A stretch of 58,472 nt of DNA, taken from positions 148,269,747 to 148,328,218 of the forward strand of contig NC_068981.1 of the NCBI RefSeq assembly GCF_001194135.2. Reading direction: 5' to 3'. Positions 35,324 through 48,480 of this stretch are shown here, piece by piece. The translations under genes were made by a program, and so were the position numbers. The notes under the pieces were generated by a model that searched no databases, was not told where the DNA came from, and saw only the letters and a program-made list of their open reading frames with translations. Each line of letters opens with the position of its first letter. The stretch's first letter is position 1. Source of the DNA: Octopus bimaculoides. Taxonomy: Eukaryota.

Positions 35324-36589
35324 GTCACCTGCCTAGGAATGAAACTAGAAATCATATGTTTGGATGTAAAAATAACTAAATAACACAAACCGAATTCTGT
35401 CAAAGATTGATGACAACAGCAAATGACTAACCCATTCATGTCTCTGATTGTGAAACCAACAGACCATTAACTCATAAGATTCCAGCTATGATAAACAACA
35501 TATGGAATTGTCATTAACAACTTTGTCATTGGAACCTTTTCTTTAACAGACCATTGGCTATATATTGATGGTTTTTATCTGTTAACTAGTCAGTGGCTGC
35601 ATGTAGTCAAGGTCACTGGCTTCAAGAATTCATGTCATTCAACGTGACTATGAATGTAGTAACTTCAATCCAAACCATCCATGGATATTGCCATTGCTAA
35701 CTCAGAAACTGACTCGCTTGGTTTAAATATATTTTTCTATTGTTACAATGACAACATTTTTGTGAACAATAAATGTTTTGTATTTAGAACTTCACACAGA
35801 CTTTTGTTCTTTCATCTGCCAACCAAATCAAAATATACCAAATGTTACAGTGGTGATTGTCAGTCTTCTTCCTCTCATTCCAATAATATTGCAGCTTCTG
35901 GATCATATACTAAAAAAAATTGTTTAATAACTTCCCAGCAGTACTGCATACCTCCAGAACTCCGACAAACAGCCATTATTTTTTACAAGAATTATACAAA
36001 TAACTCTGATATTTTTGTTTCTAAGTCAGTCAGTGAAGAGAGAAGAGTAAAGAGGGATATCTGTGCCTAGGACTTTTGGTAGGTTAGGATGAACATAGTT
36101 GATTTTTAATTTGGATTCCTGTAGGTCAATGACTGCAGGGAAATATGTAGGTGGGAAAAAGAATTTAAGAAGATTGCAGTTGTAAGAAGCAAGATCAAAT
36201 ATAATGCAAATTGTTGGAAATAAGACATAATGAGGGTGATAGAAAGAGTAGAGACAAGTGGGTGGGTCAGGAGGATATGAAGCTAGCTGATTCAGAATGT
36301 CAGAAGCCATTGTAGTATTGATAAAAGAGGGGCAGAGAGATGAACTGTTTTTGTGAGCTAGTTGCTGAATAAATCATTCTGAATAAAGCCTGTTGCTGAA
36401 TAAATCATCCTGTGATGATGGAGATATATTATGTGCAGAATTGATGAAGTAAATGCTATCAGGTGTTTACTTAACATCACCTAACCTTTCTTATAATTCA
36501 CAGAAAAATCATAATGTAACAATGAAATATTGGTCATACTGACAAAGACAAATGTAGATGATTAGTAGATGGGGGCACCAAGACGAATG

Positions 36590-36725
36590 AGAAGAAGAAG
36601 AAGAAGAAGAAGAAGAAGAAGAAAAAGAAGAAGAAGAAGAAGAAGAAGAAAAAGAAAAAAGAAGAAGAAGAAGAAGAAGAAGAAGAAGAAGAAGAAGAAG
36701 AAAAAGAAGAAGAAGAAGAAGAAGA
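36590..36725 (+). repeat. (GAA)n trinucleotide tract
   Basis: Directly visible. Confidence 0.95.
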
Positions 36726-37504
36726 TGCATTTCAAACTGAACAGTAACCAAGCTAATCATCATCAATTATGTGCATGCCACCATCCCAAGTCTTAGACTT
36801 CCTAAAAAGGCTACAGGTGGATGGGTGGTATTTTTCTATCCTCTTTTACTAATGAATTTGAAAAAATGTAACACTGAAACAAAACACATTGCCATTAAGT
36901 TTACAAAGCAAACTATACAGCATTTCTTAAACATCCATTTTCTTTTATTCTGAACTGAATATTAAAGAATTTGTAAACTTGATTCAGTCTCTGGCTGATG
37001 TGTTGCTAAAATAAGTAAAAGAAAGAATTAAGTTTCCAATTTCCCTAAAAAAAAAAAAAACCCAAGAAAAGTGGAAAATTCAAATTTAGCCATTATTGTA
37101 TAATCCTAAGTCAGTCCTGATCAAGTAGACTGATGATAAACAGCATTCCAGCTACATCCATTCTGTCTTTTTAGATATCTAAGATTACATTATCCAACGT
37201 GGCTGCCTTTTCTTTTTAAGACGATAGGATGTTATTTGCAGGAACGTGGCTGCTATTCTAGGCAAGATGAGTGACTATGTAGAGGTCATTGACTTCATAC
37301 AAATTAATTCGTTGTTGTTGTTTAAAGTTCCAGGTCAGATTTGTACCAGTTATGCCAAATCTACTGCCTTTTCTGAGCAATAATAGGTATTTTTAATTAG
37401 GTATTTTATGTCTATTTTGTTAAATATATTAACGATAATTTAATACATAACACTTAACTTACTGTTATTCATGCAAATGGTATCTCCAAAATAATAACTG
37501 AGTA

Positions 37505-37720
37505 ATTAGCCCCGGTTATTTTTATCTATAATATAAATCGAAGTTGGCCGAGTGTTATATTCTTTCTTGTCTTGAGGTTCATGGCCAAACGGCAGGGTGG
37601 ATTCGCGTGAAAAATGGCGCACATGTGGAGATGGGTGCATAGATTGGAACGCGCTTTCTATTTTTTCCCTAGCCCCCATACTTACAGAGAAAATCGATTA
37701 AAACAACCTGCGTGCGTGTG
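37505..37720. promoter_or_regulatory. CpG-enriched unique patch, candidate promoter or first exon
   Basis: About 12 CpG in about 210 bp against CpG-poor flanks; AAAATGGCG (YY1-like) at about 37611-37619; minus-strand GTAAGT donor at about 37680-37685. Confidence 0.35.
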
Positions 37721-37825
37721 ATTTATTTGGCACATTTTACCCTAGTAATTGCTTTCATTTATTGAACTCCAGATGAATGATAGGTCAAGTTAACTTCTGG
37801 TGGATTTGAACTTAGAATCTAAAGA

Positions 37826-37993
37826 CAGGGGCGGACCCAAGGTGTGGGGGGAGGGGCTGAGGGGCATGTGCCCCACCCCCTCAAGAATAGAAGTGTGCCC
37901 TTCTAAATAATGTTATTACACCCTTTTCTCCTGGAATTGTGTTTCCTTCTTACCTTGTGCTCTCCTTCTGAAAAATTCCTGGGACCGTGCCTG
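37826..37993. mobile_element. Small MITE nested in a degraded SINE B
   Basis: Imperfect TIRs CAGGGGCGGACCCA / TGGGACCGTGCCTG; AAAGA on both sides. Confidence 0.6.
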
Positions 37994-40849
37994 AAAGAGA
38001 TATAACTAAATACTGTAACTGAACTAAATTTGCCTACACATGATTGTAAGATTAAAGATTAGGTGACATGTTGTGTTCTTGAGCAAAACACTTCATTTCA
38101 TATTGTTCTCGTTCACTCAGCTGGTAAAAATGAGTAACCCTGCAAAGGACTGGTAACCTCTCCAGGTGGGAATATATATATCAAACAAATCAAGAAACTG
38201 GCCCTATACTCTTAACAGAATGTGAGGACCAACCATTGCTCTTTTGAAAAACAGTAATATTCTTTTCATTTTTTACTGGTTTCAGTCACTGGACTATGGC
38301 CATGCTGCAGCACTTCCTTCAACAGTTTTAGTCAATAATTTCAGTCGCCAAATCTTTCTGTGGTGATTATTTTATCAATCTCTGTTGAAAGATTCACAAT
38401 TTTCCTAGCTCTACAAACATTAGTTAGTACTATTGATGATGGGAGTGTTAATATGGGCTTAAATCTTAACAATTATCTCCATCATCATCATTGTTTTAAT
38501 GTCCAATTTTCCATGCTTGTATCACTTGGAGTTTATGGAGGCTGATTTTCTACAGCTGGATATTCTTCTTTTGCCAATCCTCATCTGTTTCCAAGCGAAG
38601 AAATATTTTCCAATAGCTAATCATGTTCTCAGAAGACTCATTTACGTAATCCACTCACAAGGCTTTGGTCAGTCTAGGGCTATAGCTGAAGAAGCTTGCC
38701 CAAGATGCCTCACAGTGGAACTGAATCCAAGATTACATGTTTGAGAAGAAAGCTTCTCAACCACACAACCATGCCTGAGCTTCCACTCATCAATAAAATA
38801 AGTACCAGCCAAAAACTGAAGCCAATATTAATTGACTATAAGGCAGTGAGCTGGCAGAATCGTAAGCATGCTGAGCAAAATGCTTAGTGGCATTCTGTCT
38901 GCCTTTATGTTCTGAGTTCAAATTCTTCTGAGGTCAACTTTACCTTTCATCATTTCAAGGTTGATAAATAAGTACCAGTTGAGTACTGGAGTTGATGTAA
39001 TTGACTTACCCTCTCTCCTGAAGTTGCTAGCCTTGTGCCAAAATTTGAAACCAATATTAATCAGCTATGTTCTTCCCCAAAATTCTAAACCTTGCACATG
39101 TGTCTGACTATAGAAAATCTGCTTCAACAAATTCCATCTTACCCATGCAAGAAAGGACAAAAATGAATGTTAAATGATAATGACAATGATGATGGAGATT
39201 GAACAGTGAAGTTTGACACCAGTGGGATTTGAACTCAGAAAATAAAGAGACATAATTAAGTACTGCAAAGAATTTTGTCCAGTACTATTCTCATTCTGCC
39301 AATCCATCAATTCTATAAAGTAATTTATCTTGTTTACTTTACCTTATTAAACTTAATTCCTTTATCCTGCCTTGGGAAGATGAAAGGCAAAGTCAGACGG
39401 CAGAATTTGAACTCATTAATTACTTTCCTTTTTAATGAATAATTTAGTTCTTTACTACAAAAAAAAAATTATTTTCAAGGAAACTATAATTATTTTCACA
39501 GCCATCTGTGTACCATACTTAACATATATACATGACTGAGATACGTGATGCTGTGGTTTTTGTCAGTATAAGCAATTGAAATAGCATTAAATTAAAACAG
39601 CCAGCTGTGTACCATATTTAAACTAAATTCATGCATCAAAGGCATGATGCCGTGGTTTTTGTCTGAGAGAAAAATCTTTTCATATACATGTATTAAAAAC
39701 ATACTGGAGCAAGGCAAACATCTCAGCAGTAACTTATGACAATGTCAGATGTGTTTTGGCTTTCTTGGGCCTTGTCAATAATGTGCATCTACTTGTCACA
39801 TGCCTTAACAAAATTTGGTTCTCCTCACATATGGGAAACAGTGAATAATGCATTCACTGATATTGCAGAAAGCTTGCTGGGCAGAAAAAAAATTGGTGTA
39901 TGCAATTAAAACTGCATTAAATTAAAATAACCATCTGTGTATTGTATTTGAAAAGCAAAGCATGATTTTGTGATTTTTGTATGAGAAAAAAATCTCTTCA
40001 TAAAGATGTGCTAAAAAACACAATATATATATATATATATATCAGAACAAAGTGGTTTACCCATAGATAATGCTAAGTTGAATGAATCTAGTGTGTGTCC
40101 AGAAATGTTCTACTGCTGTTGCTGTCTTTGTTTCTTCTTCTTCCTCCTCCCCCTCCTCCTTCTGCAGTAGCAAACAGTTTAGAGTAGGTATCAGCAACTT
40201 CTTTTTGTAATGGCTCATTTTTGGTATTTATTTCTTGTAACATTTGCCCAAAGCCCACATGTAATATCAATCATGTCAAACATAGAAAAAATATCCCCAA
40301 GTATCTTCTAATTTTCTCCGCTGTCAATACTTTTCTAATCAGAAATTAAACAAACCATGACAAAAAAAAAAGGCAATCTGAAAACCATCCACTGCTCAAT
40401 GGCCCATAAATACATTTACACATTGGTTTTTGAGCCTCATTTCTCATTTTGAACTAGGGTCCCAAGACAATGCCATTAATTTTCATGATTGCCACAACAC
40501 CTTTATACCATATTGTATGTGAAGCAAGGATCATGTAGTGTTTTCTACTCAATAACCTCTGATGGGTCATTTTGACACCTAAGTTCATATGATAAACTAG
40601 ACTCTCCAAATTCCTGGATATTTTCTACTGGTATGGGCATATCTAATTACCACAAATTTAGAAAAAAAAACGAAAAAAATTTGGTTTCCATGGTAAATAA
40701 AATGCCATTTGTTCCTTTCTGTTTTGTTAATTATATTTTCTGTTACTCAGCCTTTTATTTTATCTCATTAATGGTAAAAATCAGTATAATATAAATGTGA
40801 CAAAAAAAAAAAAAAAAGTAACAAGAAAGAAAATGGTAAAGCATAAGTG

Positions 40850-41370
40850 CAAAAGTGGCTGTCAGGTAAGAAGCTTGCTTCCCAACCCCATGGCTCCAGA
40901 TTCAGTCCCAATGCGTGACACCTTGGGTAAGTATGTTCTATTATAGCCCCAGCTGAGCAACACCTTGAGAATAGATTTGGTAGACAGAAACTGAATGAAG
41001 CCCATCATGTACATATATGGTGGCATATATAAAGCACCCAGTACACTCTGTTAAGTGGTTGGCATTATGAAGGGCATCCAGCCATAGAAACCATGTCTCA
41101 CTGTCCAACCCATGCTAACATGGAAAGTGGATGTTAAACGATGATGATGATGTATGTATATCTCTGAATGTGTGTGTCTTTGTGTATGTGCTTGATGAGT
41201 GGTGTTGGTTTTTTTACATCCCTGTAACCGAACGGTTCAGAAAAAGAGATCGATAGAATAAGTACAGGGCTTTGAAAAAAAAAAATAGTCCTGGAGTTGA
41301 TTTGTTTGACGTTCAAGGTGGTGCCCCAGCATGGCCTCAGTCAAATGACTGATACAAGTACAAGATAGAA
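40850..41370 (+). mobile_element. SINE family A split by an RTE tail (41030-41152) inserted in its microsatellite
   Basis: Head and body to about 41025, RTE tail with (GAT)n, then the SINE 3' half resumes at about 41153. Confidence 0.8.
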
Positions 41371-41844
41371 AAGAAATGTTCTAGTGCATCATAATTGCAC
41401 ACTTAAGCAATTGCAGAATGCCAGCTCCCAAACAGACTCATACAAGAGAAATAACAACATGACCCTTTGGAGGGCTGGTGGGTTTTCCAAACATACCACC
41501 ATGTCCATCTGGTTGGTTGTATGGGAACCAGCATGTTAAATTTGAACCGTGTTTTAGAGAACATTTTAAGGCCAGAAGCCCATAGAGAACATCTCAGTGG
41601 TTCATGAGTTGCTGACTCTTGTTTAAAGAAAGGTGTTGCATGAGACAAGATACCATCATATTCATTATCATCATTTAAGTGTCCACTTTTCTATGCTTGT
41701 AAGGGACAGACAGAATTTGTTGAGGTAGATTTTCTATGACAGGACACTCTTCCTGTTGCCGACTCTTACTTATTCTCAAGCAAAGTAATACTTACCATGG
41801 CCAGACATGTTTTCTATGGGACACTGGAAATAAACAACACTGCT

Positions 41845-42062
41845 TATATAACAGTGATGCTTGTTTACAACCATCATGTGATGTCAAGACAAGGAGACAG
41901 TAACACACACACACATACACATGACAAGCTTCTTTCAGTTTCCGTCTCCAAAATCCACTCACTGCTTGGGACTATATCAGAAGATGCCCAAAGTGCCATG
42001 CAATGAGACTGAACCCAAAACCATGTGGTTGGGAAGCAAGCTTTTTAACCACTCAGCTATGT
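41845..42062 (-). mobile_element. SINE family A partial copy
   Basis: Matches family A; further heads at about 32305-32405(+), 35128-35290(+), 38650-38778(-), 54888-54990(+) and 58030-58150(+). Confidence 0.7.
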
Positions 42063-42329
42063 CTGTGTGTATTCTCAGAAACAATGAATAAATGGATGAC
42101 AAGTATATATTCCACCTGAGTAACTACCAGCGAACCAATGATTGTTCTGTCAGGAACATGTTACCAAAGATGCTATTGTTCGCAAAATGCATCATATAAA
42201 ATAGAAATTAAAAATAAATAAGTAAATAAAAGAGAAGAAAATCATTCAAAATTGAATTTTATTCATTGTTTAAAATTTAAAGAAACAATTTTTTTTTTGT
42301 TATTAAAATTTTTTTTTTCCAAAATACCA

Positions 42330-43290
42330 TTCTTTGTATACCAGTGTGTACGTGTATTTGTATGTAAGTGTGTGTGTGCATGAGAAGGTGTGTCTGCATG
42401 TATGTATGCATGTGTGTGAGTAACATGTGCTTGTGTATATAAGGGGTGTGATTGTGGTACATGTATGTAGGAGGATCTATGCATGTGTTGGTGTGTGTAA
42501 GTGCGCATGTAGGGAGATTGTTTATGTGTGTATGTATGTATATATGCAGGAGAATGTGTGTCTGTGTATATATGAATGTGTGTGTGTGGTCTGTGTCTGT
42601 GTAGCTGTATATAGAGGAAGGGTGTGTATCTATGTGCATGCATGTAGGAGAGTGTGTGTGTATGTATATATGTAGGATGATGTATGTCAGTGTGTATACA
42701 TCTGCTTGATTAGTTTCCTTCGTTTCCTCTTGATTCTGTCTGCCTTCCTTCCTCCTCCCTTTCTTTCTTTCTTTCTTTCTAGAGGAAATTAGCTGTGGTC
42801 AGATCAAGGCGAATGGGCTTTGCCATGTTTAGAAATTTTGAAGACGCTCCATATAACATGACATTGCCCCTACGATTCCATCAGGAGTAGAGGGCATGGA
42901 ATGTGTTCAGTTCAGTGGGTATTTATGTGTCTAAGTAGGAGGCATATTTTTGTGTGTGTGAGCGCTTGTGTATGTGTGTGTATGTGTGTGCGCACATGCA
43001 CATGTGTGTGAATGCAGGATGATGTATTTTTGTCAAAGTGCATATGTAGGAGGTGGTTATGTCTGTGTGTATGAATGAATGTAGGGAGGTGTGTTTGTGT
43101 GCACATGTAAGTGTATATGTAGCATGTATATAAGTGTGTTTAGAAGGGTATGTGTCTGAATTGCGTATACAGGAGGACATGTATACACATGTATATGTAT
43201 GTCTACGTGTAAGTATGCATATAATAAGGCATGTTTGTGTGTGTGTGTGTGTGTGTGTATGTAGGAGTGGTGTGTATGGTTATATATCAA
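42330..43290. repeat. Degenerate (TG/TATG)n low-complexity tracts
   Basis: Directly visible; a unique island at about 42700-42910 is not repeat. Confidence 0.85.
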
Positions 43291-43408
43291 TGGCTTTGGG
43301 AAAACACAATGTGAACCCCATTGCAGTGAATTCTTTCTCAGAAAACTAAGAAGATAAAATTTTCAGAGATGCTCTAATAATCCAGCAGGTTATGTGTATA
43401 TGTATATA

Positions 43409-43808
43409 TTTCATTTTTGGATTTGGTTTGCACGATTCTTTATGTGAGTTCATGTGTTGAAGCATATTTTGTTGTGTGTGGGGAAAGTCATTCTCTTTCA
43501 GTGCTTTATTATTTAACGCACTCACCAGTTTAGTTTCCAGTCATTTGCTTATTTATATTTTCTAAAATTTTCATTGCATCTTGCAACCTTTTCAACAGTC
43601 GTTGACTCTGTCCGTTATCTGAGCTGCATTCTTTCTTGTTTCAAAAGAACACAGCTTGGGTAATGAACAGAGTCAATGACTATTGAAAATGTTGCAAGAC
43701 ACAACAAAATTTTAGGAAAAATAAATAAGTAAATGAGTGGAAACTAGACTGGTGAGTGTGTTAAATAATAAGGCACTAAAAGAGAATGACTCTCTCCAGA
43801 CACAACAA
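43409..43808. mobile_element. Fold-back repeat family F, copy 2 (leader plus arms of about 160 bp)
   Basis: 43469-43634 pairs with 43643-43808; TA-rich microsatellite at both ends. Confidence 0.85.
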
Positions 43809-43970
43809 TATATATATATGTATATATTTGATTAATGAGAGAGATGGAAGATGAAAGATACAAGTATGTTTATTGATCGCTACAATAGTTTTGACCCATC
43901 TGGCATTGATCCCTCACAGGTGGGATACTGAACAACTGGTTTAGGAGTATCTGTCAATATAGATGTGTCT

Positions 43971-44016
<46 letters not shown>

Positions 44017-47000
44017 AAGTTTAAGCAATGTATTACATCAGTCCCTTGTTTGATACCTGAGTTAAAACTTGTTAAACAAAGTCAACATAAAAATGTGTGA
44101 AAAAATAAGAATCAAAATTATGTAATCAATTACAATAATATTTCGAGAGTGTGGGGAGGTAGGTGGAAAGCTGCGGGGCAATGAGAATTGTGAAACCATC
44201 CATATTTGCTGTTGGTCAAGCAGAACTGTGATCAAAAGCAATCAAGTCTTTTTGGATATTTAGAACTAATTACATTGTTCAATATGTTCTATTGTTTTCC
44301 CTGATATGGGTGTGTTTTGAGGGAGACATATTTGGCAGGTTGAGCATCTGTGTAGAGCATCTGTATCCCGACCTACCATACAATTTTAACAATTATGGGT
44401 CAATTGGGTGGAAGAAGATCACCAAAACTTTTAAGAAGAAAAAAAAAAAAAGGCTGGAAATAATTGGTAATCGTGAATTTATGGAAATAAATATCAGAAA
44501 TGATATCACTTTCAACTTGAAGAAAAAGCAAGATTTGTTCTTTACAAAAATATAAGAGGAACTTGTACAAAAAATAGAAATCATGAAACATTTTATAATT
44601 CTTCTTTGATACAATACAATCTAGTTAAACCCTGATCAAGAGCAGAAGACACCCTTGGCACCAAATCTTCCATTCATAGCAGTTAATATCCAATAAAAAA
44701 AATTATTAAATTCAAAGTGTTTTTAACTATAACTTATTGGCAATCAAATTTTTGGTTAGTTTTTGTTTCTGATGTTGTAAAGCTACAGTAAATACTGTTT
44801 AGGCAGGGTGATCAAGGAAATTAAATGTCTCATATGATAGAGAAACTTATCCAAATTTATGTGTCCTAGCCAAGTGATATTGTTTTTACCATTGGCACAC
44901 TATTCAAAAATTTAGAATTTAACTCTTTTCTAATTGCATATCTAATGAATAGACTGCCAATGAGTTTGAATTAATTTTACAATATAATCAACATTTTGGA
45001 GGTTTAGCAAAATATTTCTCTGTCACTTTATATATTTGCACATATGTTGATGTTGACCAAGTGAAATCTCCTGACGTCATTCATATTGTCATCAGATTTT
45101 AATTGAGATTTCAATCTAATCATGCATACTTTATTATGGGTGATCTAAGGAGAATTGATATTAATAAGGTTTATAGATAGCAAGCTATCTCAATTTATAG
45201 ATAGCAAGGAGGTTGTCGAAGGAGATTGGTTACTAAAAAGGTAACTAAAGCTCTTATCATTAATACTGTTACAATTATCACACATGGTGGTCATTATGGT
45301 TTTTGTTAACTTTTGTAGATTTGTAAAAGTTTTATCAATTATGGCTGAGTATCTAATTTCTTTTCTCTTTTAATTACATTATTTAACTTAATGTACTATG
45401 TACAATTTAATAAAAATATTATAAACAAATTACTAATAAATTAATATTAATTTACAAATAATTTCTTAAAATATTACATTTCTTTACTCAATATGTATTA
45501 TTCCAAGTTTGGGTGCTGATTTACCAAACGCAAGAATTTATCAAACTGTGGAAAGTTTTCCTGGGTTAATAAGGTGACTGGCTTTTGGTTGGCAACATAA
45601 TTCTTGTGACTTAATGGTGATCTTTTTCAGAGAGCATATTCCAATTAAGATAACCATTTCAAAGAAAAGATTTTTCTTTCTGTAGATAATGTCACCTGAA
45701 TTTGAAGAAAAGAAAAAAAAAAAAACAAGTTATAAAATACTGATTTCTACTATTGACAAAAAGAGATACATTTTACAAGTGGGTGTAGTTGATTAATTAA
45801 ATTGACCTTACTTCTTGAGTGGAACTTTAATTTATTGAGCCCAGAAGGATAAAAAAAACAAAGTTGATTTCAAAGAGGATTTGAGCTCCTAACGTAAAGC
45901 ACTGAAACTAAATACCACATGACATTCTGTCGAACACTTTGACAATGCTGCCAAAAAACATTACTGACTAACAAATATGAAATAATAACAATATAAATAC
46001 AAAGAATTTAGAAGTATACAGGCTAGTGGCTATGTTGGGGCACAACAACCTATTGTATTGATCCTATTGCATTGAAGTTATTTCAGTCTGGTATTTACTT
46101 AATCTCTATCAAATAAAAAAAAAACATAACTTGATACAACACTAAACAAGCACAGATATAGACCCAGATGGGCACACACACACACACACTGAGCTTTTGT
46201 ACAGTTTGTTTCTTAAATCTTACTCATATGACATTGGTCAGTACTAGGTGCTGTGCTGTGAGATCTAACCCAGAAATATGTATTGGTGAAGCAAATATTT
46301 CTTAACTTTGAAAAAAAAAAAAAAAATTTCTTTTCCATGATCTGAGTTCAAATCTCACCGAGGCCCACTTTGCTTTTATTCTGTCATGGGTATTACAAAC
46401 GTTCCAATTCAGAGCAATGCATTGCTAGGTTTGGGCAAGATACTCTGCAATGTCTGTTCTGGTTCTTTGTGCTTTGATCATAATGTCTGTGATGACACTG
46501 TATCAGGCTGTATCAGTACACATTGTAATGTGGTTGGCATTAAGAAGGGCATCTAGCTGTAGAAACCATGCTAAGCTGACATTAGAGCTTGACACACCCT
46601 GTCAAACTATCCAAGCCAAGTCAGCATGGCAAATGGCCATGACATGATGATGATGATGATGGTGACGACGATAGTGGTGACAATGATGATGATGGTGATG
46701 ATATCAGCTGCTCACTTTCTTTGCCTAAAAATTCCAGAGTTTCTGAAATTATTTTTTAGACATTCAGTATTATAGCCAAATGCATCAATAACTAAAGGTT
46801 GCGCCTATTTCTACCTTCAGTATTTAGCATTGTTTCCCCTTCCTCCTCATCTCTCTTACACTGCTACTCTTATCAATAACAACAGCAATTGCAATTACAC
46901 TTCAATGTTCTCTTGATTTTGCACAAAACTAAATAGTTACTTCAATAATTTTATCCATCAATACTTTGATCTTTAACATGGGTACAAAGCTACAAACCTT

Positions 47001-48271
47001 GTGATGAGGTGTATAATCAATTATATTTACCCCTGTACTTGACTGGTTATTTATTTTACTGATATTGGGAAGATGAAAAATGAAGTTGAACTCAGTGGAA
47101 TAATATTGATAAAATTATACAATTAAATTAATAAACTAATAAAATAATAATTATTCCTAATTCTTTCTGTTATTGGAAGATTTTTGAAAGAATCAAAGTT
47201 GATTTTTAACTGAACAATTTAGATTTTAACAGCAAGATATATAATTAAACCTAAATAAATCAATAACACAAGGGCAGTGAAACAAGAAATGATTCTGAAA
47301 AATTACAAAACCAAATAGAATTAAAGGAAACATCAAAACTATGTAAAATTCAATATTTAAAGTAAAAAGAGCAATAGATTGGCAGAATCATTTGTGCATT
47401 AGAGAAAATGACTTCGGCTACTTATTTTTGTTCTTCACATTCTGATTTCAAATCTTGCTGAAGTCAACTTTTGTTTTTTTTCCCTTTCTAGGGTCTTATC
47501 AACCTCTAAAGTATAGAAGTCAATATAACTGACTCAAATTTCTGGTTTGTTAAGAAATTGTAACTGTTCTGAGTTTTAATTCCTAATTGAAGATACTTTG
47601 GGAGGCAAAGGAAGATTTAGAAACCAAAATTTGTGAAGTTATGGACATTTTAAAATCTTGTCTTGAAAAAGTAACAGCAGTAGTCAAGTGGTGATGGCAT
47701 TGATGAGGAAAACAATAGTAAGATGTATAGTAAAGGAAACTCAACGTTGCTGCTTGATTTGTTAAAAGTAGCAGCCAAAGCTTCCTTAAATCACACCCTA
47801 CTGTCTTATATAAGGATAGGAGACATTAGATAATGTAGATCTATATATAACCATAAACAAACAAGGTAGTCAAAACTGGAATGTCTTTGATCAGAGATCT
47901 ACAGGATCATGGTTGACCTGGGGTTAAACAACAACAATGAAAGTACAACAATAACAGTAGTGTGAGTAGCAACACAGGCTACACTACGAGGACCACTAAA
48001 CTGACAGAAACAAAGTATATTCCTAATCAAGCAGATCTGTGATCAAAGGCACTCCAGTCATGACTCTTCTGACTAGTTTGAGGCAGAGATGGCCATGGAC
48101 AACAGAATCCGATGTGATAGTGAGGGACTTGACTCTTGAAGTCATAGTAGTGCTTTTGTAACATATAGTGTGGCTTGAGCAGTTTTAAACCTAGCAGAGC
48201 CCTACACTCTTTAAATATGAACACAGCCGATTTCTTTCAGAGAAAAAGTGTGCAAGGTGGTGTCTGTGTGA

Positions 48272-48480
48272 AGGCATTTGGCTTAGTGGTTAGGACATGT
48301 AGCTCAGGATCATAAGGTTGTGTGTTCAATTCCTGGCACTGTGTTGTATCCACGAGCAAGACACTTTATTTCATGTTGCTCCAGTTCACCCAGTTGGCAA
48401 AAATGAGTAGTACCTGTAATCCAAAGGGCCAGCCTTGTCACATTTTGTGTCACATTAAATCTTCTTGAGAACTATGTTAA
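48272..48480 (+). mobile_element. tRNA-headed SINE (family D), 5' part interrupted by piggyBac
   Basis: A box TGGCTTAGTGG, B box GTTCAATTCC; ends at TTAA 48477-48480; probable continuation at 50786-50895. Confidence 0.65.

Noticed and set aside
35681-36310. ORFs 35681-36070 and 36026-36310, and an NFTQTFVL peptide recalling NTF2-like folds
   Set aside because: No recognisable domain, the similarity is limited to a few residues and no convincing donor site.
36509-36796. Poly-R/K protamine-like and poly-L/S ORFs
   Set aside because: Translation of a (GAA)n tract.
43560-43610. Hammerhead-like CTGTTGA...GTTGC-AAGAT-GCAAT-GAAAATTTT on the minus strand of family F
   Set aside because: Stem II and core-like words are present, but there are extra bases after A9 and no stem I pairing; worth rechecking only on a family consensus.
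45520-45700. Minus-strand exon after a long poly-T acceptor
   Set aside because: All frames from the acceptor hit stops before the best donor.
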